Assembly (NCBI GenBank): GCA_964492595.1
Contig: CAZBKY010000001.1
Span: 1 to 42,353, forward strand
DNA from: an uncultured Muribaculaceae bacterium
Lineage (GTDB): Bacteria; Bacillota_I; Bacilli_A; RF39; UBA660
Length of the DNA stretch: 42,353 nt
Direction: 5' to 3'
Shown in pieces: positions 1-8,639 of the stretch (the stretch's first letter is position 1; each line of letters begins with the position of its first letter). A program made the translations under genes and the position numbers. Under the pieces are notes generated by a model. It was not told the DNA's origin, did no database searches, and was given only the letters and a program-made list of their open reading frames with translations.

Positions 1-1
1 G

Positions 2-535
2 CATAATTTAAGACTTGTAGCTCATATTGTAAAAAAATATGATAATTTTAAAGAAGATCCAGATGATTTAATAAGTATAGGTACAATAGGGTTAATCAAA
101 GGAATTGATTCATATTCCCCTGATAAGAATGTTAAGCTGACAACTTATGTTGCTAAATGTGCAGAAAATGAAATTCTGATGTATTTTAGAAGTAATAAAA
201 AAAACATGAATAATGTAAGTCTAAATGACTGTATAGGTTTAGATAAAGATGGAAATGAAATAACTTTTTCCGATGTTGTAAAAGAACAGGATGAGGACAT
301 TATGGAAGGTATTTATTTAAGTGATAATATAAATTTGCTTAAAAAATATATAAACGTTTTAAACGATAGAGAAAAGAAAATTATTATAATGAGGTATGGA
401 CTTTTAAATGAAGATGAGCAAACCCAAAAGCAAATAGCCAAAAAGCTTGAAATAAGCAGAAGTTATGTTTCAAGAATAGAAAAAAGAGCATTAATAAAAA
501 TGCTCCGAGAATTTATAAAAAACAATACAGATTAA
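2..535 (+). CDS. sigK: RNA polymerase sporulation sigma factor SigK (5'-partial, continues upstream of window)
   Basis: Frame 2 is open from the window edge. The translation HNLRLVAHIVKKYDNF..DLISIGTIGLIKGIDSY...ENEILMYFR...DREKKIIIMRYGL...ISRSYVSRIEKRALIKM follows B. subtilis SigK regions 2-4 nearly residue for residue, as recalled from memory. Stop codon is TAA at 533-535. Confidence 0.85.
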   Translation, partial: HNLRLVAHIVKKYDNFKEDPDDLISIGTIGLIKGIDSYSPDKNVKLTTYVAKCAENEILMYFRSNKKNMNNVSLNDCIGLDKDGNEITFSDVVKEQDEDIMEGIYLSDNINLLKKYINVLNDREKKIIIMRYGLLNEDEQTQKQIAKKLEISRSYVSRIEKRALIKMLREFIKNNTD

Positions 536-537
536 GA

Positions 538-1179
538 TTAATTATGTATAGAGAGTGTTCTGGCATTCTTTTTCAGAGGATATCTGAGTCCTTCAATTTC
601 CATTTCTTCACATTCTGGGCAATATATAATTTTGCCTTCTTCATTAAAGGCTACTATATTGCAAGCTCTAACAATAAGTTTTTTCCCTCTGCCTAAAATA
701 ACTCCCGCAGAACTTCTTATAGAATATGGAAGAATATGTAAATTAGAATAATTTACTACAAATTTTTCATCAGATTCTCCAACTAAGGCTCCAACAATGC
801 TATTACCTACTACAATACCCTCAACCCTGCAATTGTTTATTGAGCCATTAAAAATTCCTCCAATAAGTCCAACATAATTTCTTCCCATTACATTTATATT
901 TTCAAGATTCAAATTTTTCAAAGTCATCATTGATCCTTTTACTGTGTTAAACATTCCGATGACATCTTTATCGGGACATCCGATATATACATTTTTTATT
1001 GTATATCCATCGCCATCAAATATTATATTTGACCCATTAATATAAATTGGTCTATACATATCACCTTTAAAATCTAAATTGGAAGTCAATTTTACAATAT
1101 ATTCTCCTCCTTTTAAATCTTTTAATGAAATTAAATCCCTCTTATTATTGATAAATATTCTTTTCATAAAACCTCCCAT
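538..1179 (-). CDS. hypothetical protein with glycine-rich GLUG-like beta-helix repeats
   Basis: 213-aa ORF whose ATG overlaps the topA stop by 1 nt. An alternative start is MKRIF at 1167, just after GGGAGG. It has repeated N-x-G/VG-x-[IL]-[VI]-G segments (YVGLIGGIFNGSINN, IVGALVGES). No signal peptide. Confidence 0.5.
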   Translation of the reverse strand: MGGFMKRIFINNKRDLISLKDLKGGEYIVKLTSNLDFKGDMYRPIYINGSNIIFDGDGYTIKNVYIGCPDKDVIGMFNTVKGSMMTLKNLNLENINVMGRNYVGLIGGIFNGSINNCRVEGIVVGNSIVGALVGESDEKFVVNYSNLHILPYSIRSSAGVILGRGKKLIVRACNIVAFNEEGKIIYCPECEEMEIEGLRYPLKKNARTLSIHN

Positions 1180-3203
1180 TAATCAGTTTTATCACAGGTA
1201 GGACATTTATCGCCACTTTTTGTTTCTAAAATAAGTGAATTACATTTAGAACATTTTTCTCCTGTAGGTTTGTCCCAGAAAGCGACTTTACATTTTGGAT
1301 AATTAGAACATCCATAAAATATTTTGCCCTTTCTAGTTTTCTTTTCTATAATCTTTCCTTCACACTCTGGGCAATCACATATTTCTATTGGTTTTTCCTT
1401 ATGTGTATGAATATATTTACATTTTGGATATCCACTACATGCCACGAATTCCCCAAATCTTCCTTTTCTTACAACTAAATCACTACCGCACTGTGGACAT
1501 TTTTCTCCCGTAGTCTTGGGAGCTTCTTTTTCCATATTTTTATATGCATCTTCTACTAAAGGATCAAACTTATCATAAAATTTTTTCAATAATTCATACC
1601 AAACTTCTTTTCCATCTGCCACTTTATCTAAATCAGTCTCCATATTTGCAGTATATTCTACATTTATAATATTGCTGAAACATTCCTGAAGTTTATCTGT
1701 AGTAGTTATTCCTATATCTGTTGGATAAAATTTTTTATCATTTATTTCTATATAATTTCTTAATTTCAATATATCAATTATTTTAGCATATGTACTAGGT
1801 CTTCCAATACCTAACTTTTCAAGTTCATGAATGAGTTTAGCTTCAGTAAATCTTGAAGGCGGTTCTGTAAAGTGTTGAGACTTTTCAATTGAAGAAGACA
1901 CAAGTACTTTAGATTTATAGGTTGAAAAATCGGGCAATATTTTGTCTTCACTATCTGAGTATTCACTATAAAGTTTTAAATATCCATCGAATTTTAATAT
2001 AGATCCTGTAGCTTTAAATTTATAATCATTATTGTTTAAAATAACAGTTGTTACTAAAGTTTTGGCATCAGCCATTAAAGAGCATATTGATCTTATATAA
2101 ATTAAATTATAAATTTTGTATTCATCTGCATTTAAATATTTTTTGACACTTGCAGGAGTTCTATTTATACTTGTGGGTCTTATAGCTTCATGCGCATCTT
2201 GAACATTAGTGCCGCCTTTAGCTTTTTTAACATATCCTATATATTCCTCTCCATAATTCTTAGCTATATAACTATATGTTTGTTTTATAAAATCATCAGA
2301 AAATCTTATAGAATCGGTTCTCATATATGAGATCAAACCTACAGTTTCATTACCTAAATCTATTCCTTCATAAAGACTCTGAGCCACTCTCATTGTTTTA
2401 GAAGCAGTAAATCCTAAACGATTGGATGCCATTTGAGTAAGTGTACTTGTTGTAAAGGGAAATTTACTCTTTTTGTTTTTATCTTTACTTTCAGCACTTT
2501 CTATTTCAAAAGCATTAGAAAGTAGCGATAATATATCATCAGCTTCTTTTTCGCCTTTAATTTTTATTTCTTTATTTTTATATTTAAATAGTTCTGCTTC
2601 AAAATCTTTAAATTTACCAGTTATTTTCCAGTATTCTTCTGATTTGAAAGCTTCTATGTCTCTTTCTCTATCAACAATCAATTTTAAAGCTACACTTTGA
2701 ACTCTACCAGCGGATTTCCCACCGGTTTTTTTCTGCATAAGTTTACTTAAGCGAAATCCTATAATTCTATCTAGAATTCTTCTTGATTCCTGTGAATGCA
2801 CTAAATCATCATCTATTTTTCTAGGGTTTTTAAAAGCTTCCTTAATAGCATTTTCAGTTATTTCATTAAAAACAACTCTGCCATACTTATCATCTTTTAA
2901 TTTCATTAAATCTTTCAAATGCCAGCTGATTGCCTCTCCCTCTCTATCCGGGTCTGTTGCTAAAAGCACATTATCACTTAATTTTGCTTCTTTTTTTAAA
3001 TCGCTAACTAATTTATTTTTCCCTTTTATAACTATATAATCAGGTTTGAAATTATCTTCTATATCCACACCAAAACCAAATTTACCGGTTGTTGATAAAT
3101 CTCGAATATGCCCTTTACTTGACAATACTTTATATTCTTTCCCCAAATATTTCTCTATAGTTTTACTTTTACTTGGAGACTCAACTATTACTAAATTTTT
3201 CAT
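1179..3203 (-). CDS. topA: DNA topoisomerase I
   Basis: 674 aa. N-terminal Toprim domain (MKNLVIVESPSKSKTIEKYLG, DPDREGEAISWH), active-site region SYMRTDS, and three C-terminal Cys4 zinc ribbons (CPQCGS..CSGYPKC, CPECEG..CSNYPKC, CSKC..CPTC). Confidence 0.95.
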   Translation of the reverse strand: MKNLVIVESPSKSKTIEKYLGKEYKVLSSKGHIRDLSTTGKFGFGVDIEDNFKPDYIVIKGKNKLVSDLKKEAKLSDNVLLATDPDREGEAISWHLKDLMKLKDDKYGRVVFNEITENAIKEAFKNPRKIDDDLVHSQESRRILDRIIGFRLSKLMQKKTGGKSAGRVQSVALKLIVDRERDIEAFKSEEYWKITGKFKDFEAELFKYKNKEIKIKGEKEADDILSLLSNAFEIESAESKDKNKKSKFPFTTSTLTQMASNRLGFTASKTMRVAQSLYEGIDLGNETVGLISYMRTDSIRFSDDFIKQTYSYIAKNYGEEYIGYVKKAKGGTNVQDAHEAIRPTSINRTPASVKKYLNADEYKIYNLIYIRSICSLMADAKTLVTTVILNNNDYKFKATGSILKFDGYLKLYSEYSDSEDKILPDFSTYKSKVLVSSSIEKSQHFTEPPSRFTEAKLIHELEKLGIGRPSTYAKIIDILKLRNYIEINDKKFYPTDIGITTTDKLQECFSNIINVEYTANMETDLDKVADGKEVWYELLKKFYDKFDPLVEDAYKNMEKEAPKTTGEKCPQCGSDLVVRKGRFGEFVACSGYPKCKYIHTHKEKPIEICDCPECEGKIIEKKTRKGKIFYGCSNYPKCKVAFWDKPTGEKCSKCNSLILETKSGDKCPTCDKTD

Positions 3204-3259
3204 ATTGCTCCTTTTTTTCTTTATTTAATTATTGTATGATTTTTTATAAATGTCAAGAT

Positions 3260-3679
3260 TTAATCTTTTGTCAGTTTAAATAGATATATATCTTCTTCAG
3301 AATTTGTAAAATCAACAGATGATGTTCTTTGAGTCTCTATACCAAGGAAATAGCAGATATTGTGAACTAGCCATTCTCTTTCCATACTTTTTGCACTTCT
3401 GTTCCAATTATATTCATTCTCGCTCTTATCATATTCTAAAATTTCTTCAATTATTTTTTTCATTTTATTAATATCTGTTATTCTATGGGAATCAATTACT
3501 CTTATATTAGGGTCCTTTATGCCCCTTTCATCTAAGGCAATAACCCCATAGCTTAATGGAATATCTGATTTATTATTTTTGTTCTTTGATCTATTTGGAC
3601 ATGAAAATAAACATATCATAATTATTAAATAAAGATATATTCTATACATAAATAAATTTATAACATTACTTTTTTTCAT
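3260..3679 (-). CDS. hypothetical lipoprotein or secreted protein
   Basis: 139-aa ORF with an N-terminal hydrophobic segment ending in a lipobox-like LFSC. No recognisable family. Confidence 0.5.
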   Translation of the reverse strand: MKKSNVINLFMYRIYLYLIIMICLFSCPNRSKNKNNKSDIPLSYGVIALDERGIKDPNIRVIDSHRITDINKMKKIIEEILEYDKSENEYNWNRSAKSMEREWLVHNICYFLGIETQRTSSVDFTNSEEDIYLFKLTKD

Positions 3680-3727
3680 TCAATTATTATAAAACAAAAA
3701 AATAATTAACACAAATAAAAAAGAAGC

Positions 3728-3994
3728 TTATTTCGCTTCAACAATTAGTTTTATTGCAGTTCGCTCTTCTCCGTTTATAATAACTTCTGAAAAAGCTGGA
3801 GTACATATTAAGTTTATTCCAAGAGGGGCTACATAACCTCTGGCTATGGCTATTGCCTTAACTGCCTGATTTATTGCTCCTGCTCCTACTGATTGAACTT
3901 CACAAACGCTTTCACGACCTTCTCTAAATACATTAGCTATAGATCCCGCTACTTTTTGAGATACACTCTTACTAGATACTTTTATAATTTCCAT
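3728..3994 (-). CDS. spoVS: stage V sporulation protein S
   Basis: 88 aa. MEIIKVSSKS..VAGSIANVFREG..VQSVGAGAINQAVKAIAIARGY..L.C.PAF is the highly conserved SpoVS sequence. Confidence 0.9.
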   Translation of the reverse strand: MEIIKVSSKSVSQKVAGSIANVFREGRESVCEVQSVGAGAINQAVKAIAIARGYVAPLGINLICTPAFSEVIINGEERTAIKLIVEAK

Positions 3995-4066
3995 ATTTCA
4001 CCTATTTAATAATATGAATTTATTATAAAAAAATACTTCTTACTGTTGTAAAAAGTATAATATGAA

Positions 4067-4459
4067 TTAGCATTTAGAAAATAATCTTAATTGTTTTGAA
4101 ACTCCTTCTTTTTCATATAAAGCAATGGCTTCATCAATGTGTAGTGAATTTGCTTCTATTTTATCATATGCTTCTGGAGCTTTAAACGATATTGATGACC
4201 TTAAATCTCTAAGGATAATATTGGGACTATGATTTATTTTCTTACCATTTAAAGGATATACCACTCCATTTAATTCAAATACTTCTACATCCCAAAATTG
4301 AAAATAAACACAGTCTTTATCAATAACTTGACTCGGATCTCTATTTGGTACTATTCTTGTCCTTGTATAAGCCATATGATATGAATTATTTTTTCCAAAT
4401 TGTTCTGAAACATAATGTTGAGTAAAATACCTTACTTCTTCTTTTTTTACTGCTTCCAT
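4067..4459 (-). CDS. hypothetical protein
   Basis: 130-aa ORF with a GGAGG-type RBS upstream (plus-strand cctccacc at about 4466-4473). No family recognised. Confidence 0.5.
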   Translation of the reverse strand: MEAVKKEEVRYFTQHYVSEQFGKNNSYHMAYTRTRIVPNRDPSQVIDKDCVYFQFWDVEVFELNGVVYPLNGKKINHSPNIILRDLRSSISFKAPEAYDKIEANSLHIDEAIALYEKEGVSKQLRLFSKC

Positions 4460-4532
4460 TTAATCCTCCACCTAATATTATCAAGAATTAATATGATTGT
4501 AAATAATTTATATAAAACTATAAGTTTTTACT

Positions 4533-5102
4533 TTATTGCTTTACATTTTCTTTATACATTGAAGTATATAATTCTTTTTCCTCACTATCACTTGATTCTT
4601 TAAAATTCAAAGTCGGAAGATCCTCTTTAGTTGATAAACCAAAATAATCAAGAAAATCATTTGTTGTTTTATATAAATTAGGTCTACCTATACTACCAGC
4701 TTTCCCGCACTCTTTTATAAAGTTCATCGCCACAAGTTTCCTTATTATTCCAGAGGAATTAACGCCTCTAATTTCATCTACTTTCAAACGTGTTATAGGC
4801 TCTTTATATGCAATAATTGCCAAAGTTTCTAAAGCTGCATTTGATAAAGTATAGGTTTTAGTGTCTATAAGCAATTTTTCAAAATATTCTTTATGCTCTT
4901 TTTTACTTGTAAGTTTAAATGTATTGCCTAAAAAAGATATTCTAATACCTCTATTTTCATTTTCATATTCTTTCCTTAAATTAATTAAAATCTCTTTAAC
5001 TTTATCTTCATCAATATTTAAAATTTTCACTAAAGAAGACAAAGTTATCCCTTCATCGCCAACTACAAATAAAATTCCTTCTATAATTCCCTCTAAATTC
5101 AT
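4533..5102 (-). CDS. scpB: segregation and condensation protein B
   Basis: N-terminus MNLEGIIEGILFVVGDEGITL and the ..LETLAIIAYKEPITR..IRGV motifs are typical of ScpB. It lies directly downstream of scpA. The track start (TTG at 5111) overlaps scpA, so ATG at 5102 is preferred. Confidence 0.85.
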   Translation of the reverse strand: MNLEGIIEGILFVVGDEGITLSSLVKILNIDEDKVKEILINLRKEYENENRGIRISFLGNTFKLTSKKEHKEYFEKLLIDTKTYTLSNAALETLAIIAYKEPITRLKVDEIRGVNSSGIIRKLVAMNFIKECGKAGSIGRPNLYKTTNDFLDYFGLSTKEDLPTLNFKESSDSEEKELYTSMYKENVKQ

Positions 5103-5103
5103 A

Positions 5104-5820
5104 CTAATCAACTCTTTCTAAATATATATTTCCAAAGTTATTATCTTGGATAAGTTTTATTTCATTATCATTTGCCATAGTCAGTACAGATAAAAACGTT
5201 ACTATAATAAAACTTTTATTAAACTCCACAAATAATTCTTCAAATTTAATTTTTTTCTTTTTTGATAATATATTTTTTATTTCACTAATTCTCTCTCTCA
5301 CTGACAACTCTCTTTTAGTAACTTTTGAAGTTATTGGCTTAGAATATTCCACCCTTTGCAAAACATTCTCCAGTGCTTTCAAAAGATCAAAAATACTAAC
5401 GTTATCCTCATTTATCAATTTTTTATCAGAAAACTCGGATATATTCTCTGGACTTTTTGTATAAACTTCATGTCTTGTGTTTTCAAGTTCTTTAAATTTT
5501 TCTGTTGCTTCTTTGAATGCTTTATATTGAATTAATCTTCTTTTTAATTCCTCTTCAGAATCCTCTACAAATTCATCAGTTTCTTCCTCTTCATTTTTAG
5601 GAAGTAAGTGTCTACTTTTTATTTCTATAAGTTCTGCCGCCATTACAAGATATTCACTTGCAATATCTAGATTCATTTCTTCCATAGATTTAATAAATTC
5701 CACATATTGAGATGTAATTTCAACTATATTTATATCATAAATATCCATTTTAGATTGTTTAACTAAATGTAGTAACAAATCTAAAGGACCTTCAAAGTCA
5801 TTTATCAGAAATTTGTGCAT
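5104..5820 (-). CDS. scpA: segregation and condensation protein A
   Basis: FEGPLDLLLHLVKQSKMDIYDINIVEIT is the kleisin ScpA N-terminal signature. ATG at 5820 is preceded by GAGTGGAG, whereas the track start at 5853 is TTG. Confidence 0.85.
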   Translation of the reverse strand: MHKFLINDFEGPLDLLLHLVKQSKMDIYDINIVEITSQYVEFIKSMEEMNLDIASEYLVMAAELIEIKSRHLLPKNEEEETDEFVEDSEEELKRRLIQYKAFKEATEKFKELENTRHEVYTKSPENISEFSDKKLINEDNVSIFDLLKALENVLQRVEYSKPITSKVTKRELSVRERISEIKNILSKKKKIKFEELFVEFNKSFIIVTFLSVLTMANDNEIKLIQDNNFGNIYLERVD

Positions 5821-5875
5821 AATATTAACTCCACTCTTTAATAATCTTACCAAAAAAAAACCAAAAAGTCACTTT

Positions 5876-6226
5876 TTAGTTTTTAGGTTTAAATAAGAGT
5901 GCTACTACGAAAGATATGATTATAGTGGCACAAAGACCGGCCGAGGCATTAACGAGTAATCCCTTTAATATTCCAACAACACCATCTGCGTTATACCCAT
6001 CCATAGCCCCACTTACAAGAAGATGACCGAAGTTCGTTATAGGGACAGTGGCTCCAGCTCCTGCCCATATTATAAATTTATCATATAATCCAAATCCTGA
6101 GAATATACAGCCCATTATAACAAGTATTGTATTTAAATGTCCCGGAGTAAGTTTTGAATTTTCCAATATCAACTCACCTATAAGACAGACAACACCACAA
6201 AATAAGAATGCTTTTAAATATATCAC
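5876..6226 (-). CDS. spoVAE: stage V sporulation protein AE (SpoVAEB-type membrane protein)
   Basis: 116-aa polytopic membrane protein. It overlaps the spoVAD stop by 4 nt and sits in the canonical spoVAC-AD-AE order. Confidence 0.8.
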   Translation of the reverse strand: MIYLKAFLFCGVVCLIGELILENSKLTPGHLNTILVIMGCIFSGFGLYDKFIIWAGAGATVPITNFGHLLVSGAMDGYNADGVVGILKGLLVNASAGLCATIIISFVVALLFKPKN

Positions 6227-7200
6227 TTCAACACCTCCAAACTAACTGCATGCCCTATTCCCGGCATTCCTTTTTTTAAATTCGTACTAGTCATTGAATG
6301 AAGCGCACCACTTCCAACAAACAGTATTTTTTTATAATTTTTAATTATTTCGCTAAATAAAACTAATGCACCGCAAGCAGGTCCTGAAGCTCCTGCAAAT
6401 GGAAAATTGGGTTTTGTATTATATAGAATAACTCCGGCATCTTCTGCATTTTTTAAATTAATTTTATATTTTCTTAACATATATTCCCTAAGCACAAATA
6501 ACCCATATATTCCTAAGTCTCCTGTCAAAATAATGTCATAGTAATCAGGACTTCTATCAGTAGATTTCAAATGGTCATATATTACTTCTGCAACTCCCGG
6601 CGCCATACAAGCTCCCATATCATTGGCATCCGTATGTCCCATATCAATAATTCTTCCTATATTAGCAGATTCTATTTTTATATTGCCTTTTTCAGCAGTC
6701 AGTAATGCTGAGACTGCACCACTTACGGAAAAAGAATTTGTTTTTTTTCTAAGTGAGCCATACTCTATTGGAAATCTAAATTGCTTTTCAGTTACTAAAT
6801 TACTGGCAGAACATATTACAATAGAATTATCTATAAAACCTCCCTCCAACATAATAGCAGATATTATTAACCCCTGAGCAAAACTTGCACAAGCGCTGTA
6901 AACTCCTAAAAATGGTATATCAAAATCACTGGCATTAAAATTAGATGCAAATAATTGATTTTGTAAATCCCCTCCAATCAATAAATCAACATCTTCTTCT
7001 AATAATTTATTATTTTCTAATATATTTCTGGTAACAATACTTTGATACTCGACCTCCCCTTCTTCAACAGTCTTTTTTCCCATATAATAATCATCTATTG
7101 TCATATCTACCTTTTTTCTGATCGTTGGACTGTTTTCTAGGCTGGCAAGCAATGTGAAGGTATCATTTATATATACATTTTTAAATTTAAAATTTTTCAT
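6223..7200 (-). CDS. spoVAD: stage V sporulation protein AD
   Basis: 325 aa. The thiolase/KAS-like SpoVAD pattern is present (..GGDLQNQ.., ..YSACAS.., C-terminal GSGALHS). Its ends overlap spoVAC and spoVAE. Confidence 0.85.
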   Translation of the reverse strand: MKNFKFKNVYINDTFTLLASLENSPTIRKKVDMTIDDYYMGKKTVEEGEVEYQSIVTRNILENNKLLEEDVDLLIGGDLQNQLFASNFNASDFDIPFLGVYSACASFAQGLIISAIMLEGGFIDNSIVICSASNLVTEKQFRFPIEYGSLRKKTNSFSVSGAVSALLTAEKGNIKIESANIGRIIDMGHTDANDMGACMAPGVAEVIYDHLKSTDRSPDYYDIILTGDLGIYGLFVLREYMLRKYKINLKNAEDAGVILYNTKPNFPFAGASGPACGALVLFSEIIKNYKKILFVGSGALHSMTSTNLKKGMPGIGHAVSLEVLK

Positions 7201-7631
7201 CCTAAAATCCCCTTAAATAAAGAAACTAAAAAGGCAATAATGATTCCATAAAGTATAATACTTCCTGTCAGCTTGAAAAAATTTCCTCCAATACCTTTTA
7301 CAAATCCTTCTTTTTTATAATCTAGGGCTGCACTTGTCATCGCATGAGCAAAACCAGTTGTCGGAACTATAAGACCACATCTGCAAAAAGCCACTATCTT
7401 ATCAAAAAAACCAAACCCTGTTAGTATTGAGGCTATTAAAACAAGACTAACCATTGTTAACATATATGAATCTTTAATAGAAAATTCTAAATATTTATTA
7501 AATATATATGTTAGGAATTGACCGAAAGTCCCCATAATACCTCCAAATGCAAAAGCCTTTATTAAATTTATAAAGGTATCTTCTTTACATGTTTTTTCTT
7601 TGACTATTTTTTTGTATTCTTCCTCGTTCAC
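7197..7631 (-). CDS. spoVAC: stage V sporulation protein AC
   Basis: 144-aa membrane protein (..AFAFGGIMGTFGQ.., GLIVPTTGFAH). GTG start is preceded by GGGTGA. It is the first gene of the spoVA cluster. Confidence 0.85.
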   Translation of the reverse strand: MNEEEYKKIVKEKTCKEDTFINLIKAFAFGGIMGTFGQFLTYIFNKYLEFSIKDSYMLTMVSLVLIASILTGFGFFDKIVAFCRCGLIVPTTGFAHAMTSAALDYKKEGFVKGIGGNFFKLTGSIILYGIIIAFLVSLFKGILG

Positions 7632-7648
7632 TTTTTATCACCCAATTT

Positions 7649-7677
7649 TATTATGGTACAAGATAAAAAATTAATAC
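7649..7677 (-). promoter_or_regulatory. forespore (sigma-G/sigma-F type) promoter candidate for spoVAC-AD-AE
   Basis: The minus strand reads GTATT-N17-CATAATA. The recalled consensus is GHATR-N17/18-CAHWHTA, giving a 7/7 match at -10 and 4/5 at -35. It ends about 18 nt upstream of the spoVAC GTG. Confidence 0.5.
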
Positions 7678-7830
7678 ATATAACATAGGCTGACTAATAA
7701 ATTTCAAGTCTAATTCTTGCGAATTTGCTTTTTCTGATTCTTGGGCTTTTTTGTCTACTTCCCCGGACCTTAATTTCGATAGTGGCTACTGTACTTTTTT
7801 TATCCTTCTGTGAACTTTCTTATAAGATTT

Positions 7831-7855
7831 AAAAAAACTGCTATTATTTTAGCAG
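7831..7855 (-). terminator. rho-independent terminator after the 163-aa unknown gene
   Basis: Minus strand: CTGCTA-AAATAA-TAGCAG hairpin (6-bp stem) followed by T7. It begins 8 nt after the stop codon at 7864. Confidence 0.6.
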
Positions 7856-7863
7856 ATGAATAT

Positions 7864-8355
7864 TTATTGATAGGAATGTTCTTTTACTTTTTTAAATTCT
7901 ATGGAATATTGCTTGATTATATTCTTAACGATAGCTTCTATTTCTTTTTCTTCTATTTTAATTTTAACATTATCGCTAATTATCAAAGGTTTATTATCTG
8001 TTGTATTTTTTAAAACGACAATTTCTACACTCTTATCATTTAAATCTATTATATCAGTATACATATTCCCAAATACATAACTAAAATTTAAAACTCCTGC
8101 CTCTTTAGGATCTATTATTACATATTGTTCTTGATGAGGAAACATTCCTGCAAAATTAGATTTAAGAGCATTTTCTGCTTCTTCTAATGTACTGACTTTA
8201 ACATTTCCATTAACATATATTGTCGAAACTAAACGAACATCTATAAGGTTTTTCTCGTATACTTTTCTAATAATTGCGGGTCTTATTACTGACTTTTGCA
8301 ATCTTCCGCCGACTCTTTCAATATTTTTTATTAATATAACCTGTCCAATTTTCAT
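7864..8355 (-). CDS. hypothetical soluble protein (163 aa)
   Basis: ORF between sigF and spoVAC. ATG at 8355 has AGGTG 9 nt upstream, whereas the track start at 8367 is a GTG abutting the previous stop. The N-terminus KIGQVILIKN....KSVIRPAIIRKV loosely resembles the PemK/MazF SH3-barrel motif. No firm family. Confidence 0.55.
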   Translation of the reverse strand: MKIGQVILIKNIERVGGRLQKSVIRPAIIRKVYEKNLIDVRLVSTIYVNGNVKVSTLEEAENALKSNFAGMFPHQEQYVIIDPKEAGVLNFSYVFGNMYTDIIDLNDKSVEIVVLKNTTDNKPLIISDNVKIKIEEKEIEAIVKNIIKQYSIEFKKVKEHSYQ

Positions 8356-8367
8356 ACAAAAAGACAC

Positions 8368-8532
8368 CTAAAAACACTTCTTAACTGGAAATTTTTCGTC
8401 TTTTTCAAATGAATCCAACATTGCTTTCAATTGAGGGTCATTGCTGTTAACTTTTTTTATTGTAGGTCTCATTATCTTAAGCAATTGTTCTTTCTTTTTA
8501 AGCAATGATAAAAACTTATTTTCTTTTTTCAT
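8368..8532 (-). CDS. hypothetical small basic protein (54 aa)
   Basis: MKKENKFLSLLKKKEQLLK... is preceded by a strong AAGGAGGAG RBS. The longer track ORF (to 8571) lacks an RBS. Confidence 0.5.
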   Translation of the reverse strand: MKKENKFLSLLKKKEQLLKIMRPTIKKVNSNDPQLKAMLDSFEKDEKFPVKKCF

Positions 8533-8639
8533 GACTCCTCCTTTTCTTAATTTTAACAAAATCAAAATCACTTTACAATATCATGATTTTTAATTTGTCA
8601 GTTGTGTTTTGTGAACTTTCCTGTAAGATTAAAAATTGT

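Noticed and set aside
2-535. Possible skin-like intervening element splitting sigK.
   Set aside because: The visible part, from region 2.1 to the stop codon, is one uninterrupted frame collinear with intact SigK. Only the unseen 5' end cannot be assessed.
7750-7775. AGGTCCGGGGAAGTAG on the minus strand as the helix-8 core of an SRP (4.5S/scRNA) gene.
   Set aside because: Relative to AGGUCCGGAAGGAAGCAG it lacks two loop nucleotides, so the GNRA tetraloop and closing pairs cannot form. I could also find no complementary 3' strand to build helix 8 or helix 5. It is kept only as part of the odd intergenic segment finding.
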